From: an uncultured Bacteroides sp.
Lineage (GTDB): Bacteria; Bacteroidota; Bacteroidia; Bacteroidales; Bacteroidaceae
Length of the DNA: 64,000 nucleotides
Reading direction: 5' to 3'
NCBI GenBank assembly: GCA_949285075.1
Contig: CASDXF010000008.1
Coordinates: 29,559 to 93,558 of the forward strand
How positions within the stretch are numbered: the first letter of the stretch is position 1; every line of letters starts with the position of its first letter. Below, in pieces: positions 52,992 to 62,241 of this stretch. The notes beneath the pieces were generated by a model. It saw nothing but the letters and a program-made list of their open reading frames with translations, did not search any database and had not been told where the DNA came from. The position numbers and the translations under genes were made by a program.

Positions 52992-55679
52992 ATGAGAAAA
53001 CTATTATCTACACTGCTTTTGACACTCCTGATTTCAGCGGAAGCCATAGCGGGAGTCATCAAAGGGACAGTAAGAGACAAGGAGACGAAAGAACCGCTCA
53101 TGGGAGCGACGGTACAGATAGAAGGAACCGGGAACGGAGCCATTACAGACATGGACGGGAATTACAAATGCGCCGTCAAGAACGGGACTCATGTCATTGA
53201 GGTGAAATACATAGGTTACAAAACCGAGAAAAGAACCCTGAAAGTAGAGGGAGAGGTTACGGCCGACTTCGAGCTTGGAACCGACGAACAGACACTGGAC
53301 GTAGTGACAGTGACCGCAAGAAAAAAACTGGAAGGAGAAAAGGTGCTGATGATGGAGAGAAAACAGGCATCGTTCGCCATAGAGAACATCGGAGCAAAAG
53401 AGATGACGCTAAAGGGAGTGTCGGACGTAGAAGGGGGAGTGAAAAAGATTACGGGAATCTCTATCGCCAACGCCGGCCAACTGATTGTGCGGGGACTGGG
53501 CGACCGATACAGTACGACGACGCTGAACGGACTGCCTATAGCCTCACCCAATCCGGACAACAAGCTCATCCCGCTTGACCTTTTCCCCACCTCCGCGGTG
53601 CAGAACATCACCGTGAGCAAGGTGTACGAGGCGAGCACGTTCGCCGATTATTCCGGGGCGCACATCGACATCAGCACGAAAGAGAACAGCGGAAACGACT
53701 TTTTCAACATAGGCTTCAACATCGGAGGCAAGTTCAACACTATCGGAAAGGACTTTTACCGGAGCGACCGGAAAGGCGGACTGTTCAAGACGGGAAACCT
53801 GAACGACCGGGAGACTATCACCCAGATGGGCCGGAGCGAGTTCAGGCAATACATCAGGGAGAACGACCCCTTCGGAACCACATTCGCCATAAGCAAGCGG
53901 AAGGCTTTGCCCGAGTTCGGCGGCAACCTGAGCGCAGGGAAGGAATGGACGCTGAGCAACGGGAACCGGCTCGACGCGATGGCCTCATTCAGCCTGAGCA
54001 ACGAGACGCAGATTCTGGAAAATGCGTATGTCACGACCATGACGGCGCAGGGCACTCATCTCGACGAGTTTGACTATGACAAATATTCAAGCGCACTGAA
54101 GATGGCCGCATTAGCCAACATCGGATACAGCTTCCGCCAGTCGGACAGAATAAACTACACGTTCTTCTACGCTAGAAACGCCATAGACGACTACATGAAC
54201 CGAGAAGGAATCGACGCGGAAAAGAACAACATCACGACCAGCAACAGCGTGTTTCACGCCTACTCCCTGCTCAACAGTCAGTTGATGGGAAGCCACGAAC
54301 TGGGCGGCAAGTGGAGCTTGGACTGGAAAGCCTCGTACGGAAAGACGGACAGCGACGAACCGGACAGAAGGCAAGTAGTCTTCCTCAGAGAGAACGGCGG
54401 GGACAAGCTGACGCTATTCAAGCTGAACCAAACCACCAACCGCTACTTCGGAGCGTTGGACGAGAAGGAAGGCGTGGGCGACCTGAAGGCCACCCGCAAG
54501 TGGGGAGAGAAGAACCTCGTGCGGTTCGGAGGAGCCTATAAGAACAAGAAGAGGGACTTTGAAAGCGTCAACTTCTATTATGACCTGAACAGCATTAGTC
54601 CGGAGATAACGGACATCTACCATACGAACGGCTACCTGAATCAGGACAACATAGCCAACGGCTCCATCGTCGCCAACATAGACGCGCAACCACGGTACAA
54701 CTATTACGCCGGACACGAGGTATGGGCCGGATTCGCCGAGGTGGAATATTATCCCGTAGAGGCCCTGCTCGTCAGCCTCGGACTGCGGTACGAGCAGTCG
54801 AAGCAATGGGTAAGGTACTGGACCGACGGCGGACAGGAACGGAAGACGGACCTCAACAAGGGAGACTTATTTCCGGCACTGAACCTGAAGTACGACCTTA
54901 GCGAGGAGCACAGCCTGCGACTGGCCATATCGCGCACGGTGACCAGACCCTCGTTCATCGAAATGGCCCCGTTCCTCTATCAGGAGTCATACGGAAGCGC
55001 CTATATCCGAGGTAACGACGAACTGGAGAACGCCTATAACTACAACATCGACCTACGCTACGACTTCTTCCCGAAGGGCACGAACGGAGACATGCTCTCC
55101 GTAACGGGATACTTCAAGAAACTGAAGTCGCCCATAGAACAGACGCAGGAGTCGTCCGGAGGAACCGTGATACGCTCGTTCCGCAACGCCGAGGACGGAA
55201 TAGCGGCAGGCGTGGAACTGGAATTCCGCAAGGAGCTTGTCAAGGACCTGCGCATAGGGGCTAACGGCTCGTTCATGTACACCAACGTCGTACTGCCCGA
55301 GGGAGGCGTGTACACCGAGGCCGAGCGAGAACTGCAAGGAGCGTCGCCATTCCTCATCAACGCCGACCTGAGCTACACGCCCCGGTTCAGCGAGGAGAAG
55401 TCGGCATCGATGGCACTGGTATACAACGTGCAAGGCCCGCGCATAGAGACCGTAGGTATCTACAGAATGGGAGACATAAAGCAACGGACGCTGCACACGC
55501 TCGACTTCGTGGCCGGATACACCGTCAACAAGCACCTGAGCTTCAAACTTCAGGTAAAAGACTTGCTGAACAGCACGGTACGGTTCGAGCAGGACATTCC
55601 GGACACGGGAGAAAAGGTGGAGGTAGAATCGTTCCGGCCGGGAACGAACGCGGAGATTGGCGTGACGTACACATTCTGA
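52992..55679 (+). CDS. TonB-dependent outer membrane receptor (not classical SusC)
   Basis: Signal peptide, carboxypeptidase-regulatory-like N-domain, plug VRGLGDRY...PLDLFP, C-terminal F; start trimmed to MRKLLS. Confidence 0.92.
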   Translation: MRKLLSTLLLTLLISAEAIAGVIKGTVRDKETKEPLMGATVQIEGTGNGAITDMDGNYKCAVKNGTHVIEVKYIGYKTEKRTLKVEGEVTADFELGTDEQTLDVVTVTARKKLEGEKVLMMERKQASFAIENIGAKEMTLKGVSDVEGGVKKITGISIANAGQLIVRGLGDRYSTTTLNGLPIASPNPDNKLIPLDLFPTSAVQNITVSKVYEASTFADYSGAHIDISTKENSGNDFFNIGFNIGGKFNTIGKDFYRSDRKGGLFKTGNLNDRETITQMGRSEFRQYIRENDPFGTTFAISKRKALPEFGGNLSAGKEWTLSNGNRLDAMASFSLSNETQILENAYVTTMTAQGTHLDEFDYDKYSSALKMAALANIGYSFRQSDRINYTFFYARNAIDDYMNREGIDAEKNNITTSNSVFHAYSLLNSQLMGSHELGGKWSLDWKASYGKTDSDEPDRRQVVFLRENGGDKLTLFKLNQTTNRYFGALDEKEGVGDLKATRKWGEKNLVRFGGAYKNKKRDFESVNFYYDLNSISPEITDIYHTNGYLNQDNIANGSIVANIDAQPRYNYYAGHEVWAGFAEVEYYPVEALLVSLGLRYEQSKQWVRYWTDGGQERKTDLNKGDLFPALNLKYDLSEEHSLRLAISRTVTRPSFIEMAPFLYQESYGSAYIRGNDELENAYNYNIDLRYDFFPKGTNGDMLSVTGYFKKLKSPIEQTQESSGGTVIRSFRNAEDGIAAGVELEFRKELVKDLRIGANGSFMYTNVVLPEGGVYTEAERELQGASPFLINADLSYTPRFSEEKSASMALVYNVQGPRIETVGIYRMGDIKQRTLHTLDFVAGYTVNKHLSFKLQVKDLLNSTVRFEQDIPDTGEKVEVESFRPGTNAEIGVTYTF

Positions 55680-55765
55680 CCACTATATAAAGTATAGAAG
55701 GCCCGACCAGAACGGAAGGGACAACGAAATAAACAGATTGTCAAACTAAACAAAGTAAAGCGATT

Positions 55766-57064
55766 ATGAAAATGAAGTATCTGAAACTGAACACGTGGCT
55801 AATGGCCGCATTAATGGGAGCCATGACAATGGCATCGTGCAGCGACGACAACGGCGGCAACGATGACAACGGCGACAATGACAACAACGGCAACAACAGC
55901 GACACGGAAATCGTGATGGACAACAACAGCACCCTGCAAGGCTCCATAGTGAGCGGACAGACGGTGACACTGAGTGAAGGCTACAACTTCAGCCTCAACG
56001 GAGAATACATCGTGGAAGAGGGAGGAACGCTTATCATCGAACCGGGAGTGACCATCACCGCCATGAGCGACGACGGCACTATCGACTTCATCCTCGTCGA
56101 GCAGAGTGGACGCATCGAGGCCGAGGGTACGGCCCAAAGCCCCATCATTATGACCGCCGAGAACGAGGAGGCCGGAGCGTGGGGAGGCCTGCACATCTGC
56201 GGAAGAGCGCCCATTAACATCGGAGCCACGGGCGTGTCCGAGGTGGGAGACGCCGCCTACGGAGGAAACGACGCGAACGACAACTCAGGGACGCTGCGGT
56301 ACATCCGCATAGAATACGCAGGATATCAGTTTACCACCGAAAAGGAGTGCAACGGATTCACCTTCTACGGTGTAGGAGCCGGAACTACTGTTGACCACCT
56401 TGAGGCTTACATGGGTTCGGACGACGGATACGAATGGTTCGGAGGAACGGTCAACGCTAAATATCTCGTATCGATCAACAACAGCGACGACTCCTTCGAC
56501 TGGACCGAAGGATGGTGCGGCAACGGCCAGTTCTTCGTGGCTTATCAGGAAGACCAGACGACACTGGGTTATCCTTGCGACTGCCTGATAGAGGCCGACA
56601 ACTATGACAAGAACATGGACGCCGAGCCGACATCGCGCCCCACACTGGCCAACCTGACCCTTATCGGCACTGACAGCGAAGGCAATACGCGCGGCGTGCG
56701 CCTCCGCGCGGGAACGCACGTACGCCTGTACAACGCCATCGTAAGCGGAAAGACAAACAACATCACTACCGAGACCGAGCAAACGGAAGCGGCCTTAGTG
56801 GACGGAACTTCGGTACTGAACTACGTGGCTATCGCCGGAGAGCCCAACTTCTCGGGCGAGGGAGGATATACTCCAGAGCTGTTCTTGGCAGAAGAGAACC
56901 ACAACCTGACCAACCAAACGTTCAGCCTGACGAACAACGTAGTGGGTACGCTGAGCGAGGGTATCGACCCGTCGACGGTAGACAGTTGGTTCGACGCGGC
57001 CGCCTATACGGGAGCCGTACGTTCAAGCGACAGTTGGATTAACGAGTCTTGGGTAAGATTCTAA
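55766..57064 (+). CDS. Surface lipoprotein, probable beta-helix/pectin-lyase-like fold
   Basis: Lipobox MASC plus acidic SDDN; WGGL.ICG.AP.N, DNSG.LRY.RIEYAG, DDG.EWFGG, DDSFDW motifs. Confidence 0.75.
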   Translation: MKMKYLKLNTWLMAALMGAMTMASCSDDNGGNDDNGDNDNNGNNSDTEIVMDNNSTLQGSIVSGQTVTLSEGYNFSLNGEYIVEEGGTLIIEPGVTITAMSDDGTIDFILVEQSGRIEAEGTAQSPIIMTAENEEAGAWGGLHICGRAPINIGATGVSEVGDAAYGGNDANDNSGTLRYIRIEYAGYQFTTEKECNGFTFYGVGAGTTVDHLEAYMGSDDGYEWFGGTVNAKYLVSINNSDDSFDWTEGWCGNGQFFVAYQEDQTTLGYPCDCLIEADNYDKNMDAEPTSRPTLANLTLIGTDSEGNTRGVRLRAGTHVRLYNAIVSGKTNNITTETEQTEAALVDGTSVLNYVAIAGEPNFSGEGGYTPELFLAEENHNLTNQTFSLTNNVVGTLSEGIDPSTVDSWFDAAAYTGAVRSSDSWINESWVRF

Positions 57065-57102
57065 AAGCGGAGAAGCGTGCTCCGCACGCCATATCATGTC
57101 TG

Positions 57103-57134
57103 GAGGCTGTCTCGGTGACGAGACGGCCTTTTTT
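57103..57134 (+). terminator. Terminator after the TonB/lipoprotein operon
   Basis: AGGCTGTCTCG-gtga-CGAGACGGCCT plus TTTTT. Confidence 0.85.
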
Positions 57135-57231
57135 GATTCGCGAGCGGGATGCTTCCGGCTCGCATCCCCCGCAGTCCCGATTCACGTGCGCCACCCTCCT
57201 CTTTAGGGTCAGAATCCCGGCGGTTTTCTTC

Positions 57232-57767
57232 GGGAAAAATGTTCCATTTTTAAGATTTCGAGGAAAGAAAAAGCGACTAAAAATTCCATTCTAAGCGGCC
57301 GAACCGCACAAAAAGCGCATGAAAACCGTCCGTTTCGGGGAGAAAAGCGCGTAATTTCCCTCTCCGGAAGCGGCCGGAAAGGGAAATCTGGCGTGAAGCG
57401 CCGCCCTACGGCTCGCGAGCCGTAGCCCCATTTCTCGCGAGCCGTGGCTCTCACTCTCAAATGAATCGTTAAGAATGAACAATAAAGAGGGCACTTTTTC
57501 GCTTTTCAACTTCTCGTTGCGCTCATTTTCCGAACAAAACAAAAATGCCCATTTCACGCCATAATAGCCAATACGCATGCGTAAAGAAACGGTTTACTCA
57601 GAAAACAGAAGAAAACGTCACACGAATGCGCCATTCGCTGACACGCTGAATTTCGCTAACGCCTCTACGCCGCGTTCTTTTCGTCCAAGCCGTACCCCCG
57701 GCGGAATTATCGCGATGTAGAGGCGTCAATATAGTCTATTTTTAAAATGATCTGTTTTTAAGAATCC
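57232..57767 (-). repeat. Long intergenic repeat element, copy 4
   Basis: Reverse complement shows two left boxes, hairpin 57659-57726, CTCGCGAG array 57400-57450 and a right box at 57240-57256. Confidence 0.8.
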
Positions 57768-57801
57768 TCTCCGAAAGGCGGGAGCAAGCGAGCTCATTCC
57801 C

Positions 57802-59808
57802 TCACTTGCGCCAAATGAACCGGTAATTGAACCGGCGGTTGGGAGCAGCGTCGCCTTGCGTAAAGGCCGCGGTGTCGGTCAACCGCGCGGGATTGTCGGC
57901 CCACTTAAAGTCGAACGTGACGGAATCGCCCTCTATCCCCATCGTTTTCCGGTCGACGGACAGTTCCATCCGGTTACCTTCCGTACGGAAGCACAGCTCC
58001 TTCACCCTTACCCATCGGGCCGACTGGCGGTCATAACGGGCCAATTCCGTGCGCCCGTCGGCACTGACTCTCCCGTTGATAAGGAAATCGTAGCCGCACC
58101 ATCCCGTCTCCGGGTCACGGTCGATGTCTATCAGCAGCCACATCCACCGCGGGTCGTCGCAGGGAGTCAGCGCGTCGGCCGTCTCCACATAGAAGTAGAC
58201 GTTCCGCCTGTCAAGGGCCACTTTCGCCGTCAGTATGTCGTTCCTTCCGGTCGTGTCGGTATAGTGGTTTCCTCCGTATCCGGGATAGTCGCGGTGCGCC
58301 GTATCGCCTCTGGTGTCCCGATACTCCACGCTCACCGCCTCCCAGTCGCCGAAGCTCCCGTCCACTTTAATCTTCTTTCTCCCCTCGTTGACGGGAATCG
58401 GCCTCACTCCCTTGTAGCGCCTCACGTTCTGCGCCATCTGCATATAGTAGTTATCCGTGTATCCCCCCTTCATAGGCTGTATGGTCCGGTTGAACTCCGC
58501 ATTATACTGGTCTACGAAATAGAAGTTGCTCTGCCTTCCGAGAAAGGTCACGGGCCCGGGCAAGTCCGTCCCCGGAGCCTTTCCCCCGGCGTACTTTCCC
58601 GCCGTCCACTCGTTCCAGTCGTTCAGGTAGATAAAGTCCGGGTCGACGGCGATGGCCTCGTCCCAACGCTCTTGGAAGTAGATGCCGTAAGCCGTCGGGC
58701 CGTCCACCTCGCGGCCCATCCACGGCACGTAGGCCGACCGGGGCATATCCTTCTCGTCCAGCGACGGCTCTCCCGCCTTGCGGCTCCACGACTTTCCGAT
58801 GATGGATATGGGGTGCTGCGCCGGCGTAACGGCCATCTGCTCCACGACCCCGCCCCGCCTCGCGGCCAGACTGTCGGGCGGCAGCTTCCTCACCCGCTCG
58901 TCTCCCAAGTCGTACCCGAAGCTCCAGTTGCCGTCCTTACCCACGAATCTCCGGCCTCCCCACTCGTAGTATCCCCACCACATGGTACGCAGGGTGAAGA
59001 ACTCCTTCACCTCCTTCGTATAGTCCGTGTAGAACTCGGCGGTGTACTCCGGGTCCTGATAATGCGGATGGGCGGGGTCGGTCGAGGCCTTCGGGTCGTA
59101 GTTCGGGTTGGGATTCCTCACCCCTCCCCCGTTAGCGTCAAGCTCGGGCCTGCCGTTATAGAGCATCAGCGGCTTGCCGTCCCAGTAGAACCAAAAGTCC
59201 TTATAGCGTCCGGGCTTGTATATCCGCTCGTACAGTTCCTGCACCACGGTAATGACCGTCCCGTTGAAGGCCCAGAAGCAGAACCGCGGCACACGGTTTC
59301 CCTCCGCCTTCATGCGGCGCATGACCGTCATCAGAGTTTCCCACTCGTCCCAGTACCTCACGGCGTTCGTCACGTCCAGAATCAGCACGTCCACACCCGC
59401 GTCGGCCAACATCGAGAGGTCCTTGCGTATGACGTACTCGTCCCTGCTCAGGAAATAGCCCATCTCCGGCTCTCCCCAATGGTACGACCCCTCGGTCCAC
59501 GCCGGGTTGCTCCCGTCGAGCCTCGCCTCGGGATGCTCCTCCAACACCCGCGACACGTCCGCCCGATAGGGACTTTTCAGCTTCGCCAATCCGTCGGAAT
59601 GCCATGTGATGTAGAATATGCCTACCGTTCTCCGCTTGTCCTCCTTCGGTCCGCCCACCTCGTCAAATCCCGGCATACGCCGTCCGAGTGCGTCCGTAGC
59701 TACCCATGTGTCTGGAAATATGTCCCTATAAAGGCTATCCGCGGCCGACTGCCCCTTTCCGCTTATGGCAAGAGTCAATCCCGCGATTAAAGTCATTAAT
59801 CGCTTCAT
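57802..59808 (-). CDS. Secreted putative glycoside hydrolase (GH99/GH71-like) with C-terminal beta-sandwich
   Basis: Signal peptide; VGIFYITWH, HWGEP.MGY, LADAGVDVLILD.TN, WNEW; DG.F.DW...DI...KVA.D..NVYFYV C-domain. Confidence 0.6.
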   Translation of the reverse strand: MKRLMTLIAGLTLAISGKGQSAADSLYRDIFPDTWVATDALGRRMPGFDEVGGPKEDKRRTVGIFYITWHSDGLAKLKSPYRADVSRVLEEHPEARLDGSNPAWTEGSYHWGEPEMGYFLSRDEYVIRKDLSMLADAGVDVLILDVTNAVRYWDEWETLMTVMRRMKAEGNRVPRFCFWAFNGTVITVVQELYERIYKPGRYKDFWFYWDGKPLMLYNGRPELDANGGGVRNPNPNYDPKASTDPAHPHYQDPEYTAEFYTDYTKEVKEFFTLRTMWWGYYEWGGRRFVGKDGNWSFGYDLGDERVRKLPPDSLAARRGGVVEQMAVTPAQHPISIIGKSWSRKAGEPSLDEKDMPRSAYVPWMGREVDGPTAYGIYFQERWDEAIAVDPDFIYLNDWNEWTAGKYAGGKAPGTDLPGPVTFLGRQSNFYFVDQYNAEFNRTIQPMKGGYTDNYYMQMAQNVRRYKGVRPIPVNEGRKKIKVDGSFGDWEAVSVEYRDTRGDTAHRDYPGYGGNHYTDTTGRNDILTAKVALDRRNVYFYVETADALTPCDDPRWMWLLIDIDRDPETGWCGYDFLINGRVSADGRTELARYDRQSARWVRVKELCFRTEGNRMELSVDRKTMGIEGDSVTFDFKWADNPARLTDTAAFTQGDAAPNRRFNYRFIWRK

Positions 59809-59820
59809 TATGCTATGATT

Positions 59821-61182
59821 TTAGTTTATCCGTTTGTCCACGCTGTCCGTCCGCCGTTCCGGAAGCAATCCCGCCTTCCGCATATCCTCTCCCGACGGGA
59901 CTTGGAAGATTCTCAGTCCGAACTCCGGCACGATGGCCAGTACATGGTCGAACACGTCGGCCTGCACTCCCTCGTAGGGAACCCAGTCCTTTATCCTTGA
60001 AAAGAAGTAAATCTCCAACGGTATGCCCTTCTCCGTAGGCTGAAGCTGCCTGACCATATACATCAGATCCGTGTTCACGACGGGCAGGCTCTTCAGGTAG
60101 TTGGTCAGATACGCGCGGAACACGCCGAGATTGGTCAGCCTCATCCCGTTAATCGGTGTCGAGCCGTCTACGCCGTTCGCCTCGTTATACTCCCTTATCC
60201 GCCTCTCCTCGCCCTCGATGTATTCTTTCAGTAGGGTGATTTTCCGGAATCTGTCCATCATCTCCGCCGTGCAGAAGCGCACCGTCGTCATGTCTATGTT
60301 GATGGAGCGCATCACCCTCCGCCCTCCGGACTCACGCATGGCCTGCCAGTTCTGAAACGAGTCGCTGATAAGCAGGTAAGGCGGAATCGTCGTGATGGAG
60401 TTGTCCCAATTGCGTACCTTGACCGTGTTCAGCGTCACCTCTATCACCGTTCCGTTCGCGTCGTACTTCGGCATGATAATCCAGTCGCCCACTTTCAGCA
60501 TATTATTCGCCGTCAGCTGAATACCGGACACCACGCCCATGATGCTGTCCCTGAACACTAACATCAGTACCGCCGCCGACGCTCCCAGTCCCGCCAAGAG
60601 CGCAGACAAGTCCTTCTTGATGATGATACTGAGGACAAGAATCGCCCCGATTAAGAACACGGCCACCTGCGCCGTCTGCAACAATCCCTTCAATGGCCTG
60701 TCCCTGTACTGGTCCTTCTCGCTGAACACATGGTAGACCGCCGCCAGAAAGACCGAGACGAAACGTAACGAGACGACAATGATATAGACAAGACAGGCCC
60801 GGTGCAGAATGTCGAGCCAGACAGAATCCGTATGCCCCGGAAAGGCGATAGGGATGGCCACGTATATCAGGATGGGAGCCACCATACGGCTGACGTGCAC
60901 CATCACCTTATCGTCAAAGACAATATCGTCCCACGTCGCTTTCGTCCGCTTTACCAGTTTAGACACGGCCCTCAGGATAATCCGGTGGCAAACCACGTTC
61001 GCTAACAAGGCAATCACCACAATCAGGGTCAAGACCACCCAGTTATCCAGTTTATCCGCCCAGATGGAGTCCACTCCGATAAACAACAATCCGTTATTTA
61101 CCTCCTCCATCACCGCATTGGTGGTTTCCTCCATCCCTATTCCGTATGCGGCGACATTCAATGAATCTATCAATTCTTTCAT
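59821..61182 (-). CDS. MscS-family mechanosensitive channel (YbdG-like)
   Basis: GLGASAAVLMLVFRD, GDWI, VRNWDNSITTIP, F.NW..M..SGGRR. Confidence 0.92.
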   Translation of the reverse strand: MKELIDSLNVAAYGIGMEETTNAVMEEVNNGLLFIGVDSIWADKLDNWVVLTLIVVIALLANVVCHRIILRAVSKLVKRTKATWDDIVFDDKVMVHVSRMVAPILIYVAIPIAFPGHTDSVWLDILHRACLVYIIVVSLRFVSVFLAAVYHVFSEKDQYRDRPLKGLLQTAQVAVFLIGAILVLSIIIKKDLSALLAGLGASAAVLMLVFRDSIMGVVSGIQLTANNMLKVGDWIIMPKYDANGTVIEVTLNTVKVRNWDNSITTIPPYLLISDSFQNWQAMRESGGRRVMRSINIDMTTVRFCTAEMMDRFRKITLLKEYIEGEERRIREYNEANGVDGSTPINGMRLTNLGVFRAYLTNYLKSLPVVNTDLMYMVRQLQPTEKGIPLEIYFFSRIKDWVPYEGVQADVFDHVLAIVPEFGLRIFQVPSGEDMRKAGLLPERRTDSVDKRIN

Positions 61183-61197
61183 ACCCACTCTTTCATT

Positions 61198-62235
61198 CTA
61201 TTCCTCATTCCATTCGGTCGACAGATAGTTCCGAATATCTCTTCTTAACCACTTATAATGATATAGTCTCTTGTAAGCCACATTTTTCCTCAGCATAACC
61301 TCCACGCTTATCTGACTGTTCTGATAACAGGTCAGCTCGTTTCTGAACTGTTCGCTATGTTCCGCCAGTCTTTTAATTTCCCGCTCCCTCTCTCTACGCA
61401 GCAAGGTACAGACCGGCGTAAGCAGCTTCATCACCACATTGTCCATCACGTGATGTCCCTGCATGTACAGATAAGTCGTCTCGGGAGACAACCCAAGTTT
61501 TTTCAGCCGCTCGCCAAGATTGCGCACCTTGTCCTCTCGACCCGGAAATTTTCTTCTCAATTCAGCAAGTTTCTCATCCACACGATTCTGTAAGCGCCGC
61601 AATCCCCGTTCCGGCCGTTTTACATCAAACTCTTTCAATGCCGTACAAAGGTGAAGATCGTACATAGGAAAGGTAAAAGTGTCTCTTTTACGATAAAACC
61701 ACACGTTCCACAAAAATAACGGGTATACAATCGTAGAGTAACGCCTCAGATAAAACTCGAAATCTATGACAAAGCGGTCGTTCAACGTAGCCTGCACACA
61801 TACCTCGCGCAAGCTCTCCGCAAAACAATGGTAATTCTCAATCGCGTAAGCGTAAGTCTGAAAAATATATTTATTACGGTTAATCTTGCGAGAAATGTCC
61901 GTCGCTCCTTGCAGCAGAAAGTCATAATCGCTGTCCACGCAAGCGATAAGGCTCTTTCCCAATTCTTCCGTATTCAGCGTGTTCATAAGTACCATTTTTT
62001 TTCCTTTCGCCAATGAGGTGGCCGAAGGCAGCATTACCTGAAAGTATCTCTCTTCGTTTTCAAATTCTTCCAATAAAGTACGCCAGAATGCCACATCATC
62101 GTAGCTCTCCACATACGCCACGATACGTCTGCGAGCCTTTTTCGAATAAAGTCTGTTGGCTGCGCTAAAGTAAGACGAAGTCAGTGAATCCACCAATCTG
62201 GTAGATTTTCTGTTTTTGTTAGCGGAGGTTTTCAT
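61198..62235 (-). CDS. DUF4435 / TOPRIM-like protein (AriB-like)
   Basis: YVESYDD, CVDSDYD (DxD), YAIENY, QGHH motifs. Confidence 0.8.
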   Translation of the reverse strand: MKTSANKNRKSTRLVDSLTSSYFSAANRLYSKKARRRIVAYVESYDDVAFWRTLLEEFENEERYFQVMLPSATSLAKGKKMVLMNTLNTEELGKSLIACVDSDYDFLLQGATDISRKINRNKYIFQTYAYAIENYHCFAESLREVCVQATLNDRFVIDFEFYLRRYSTIVYPLFLWNVWFYRKRDTFTFPMYDLHLCTALKEFDVKRPERGLRRLQNRVDEKLAELRRKFPGREDKVRNLGERLKKLGLSPETTYLYMQGHHVMDNVVMKLLTPVCTLLRREREREIKRLAEHSEQFRNELTCYQNSQISVEVMLRKNVAYKRLYHYKWLRRDIRNYLSTEWNEE

Positions 62236-62241
62236 CTTATA

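Noticed and set aside
55850-55905. GACAAC-type microrepeat as a phase-variation tract
   Set aside because: In-frame, imperfect Asp/Asn/Gly linker after the lipobox, common in Bacteroides lipoproteins.
57856-59790. 644-aa + strand ORF
   Set aside because: Antisense shadow of the GC-rich GH-like gene; no recognisable motifs.
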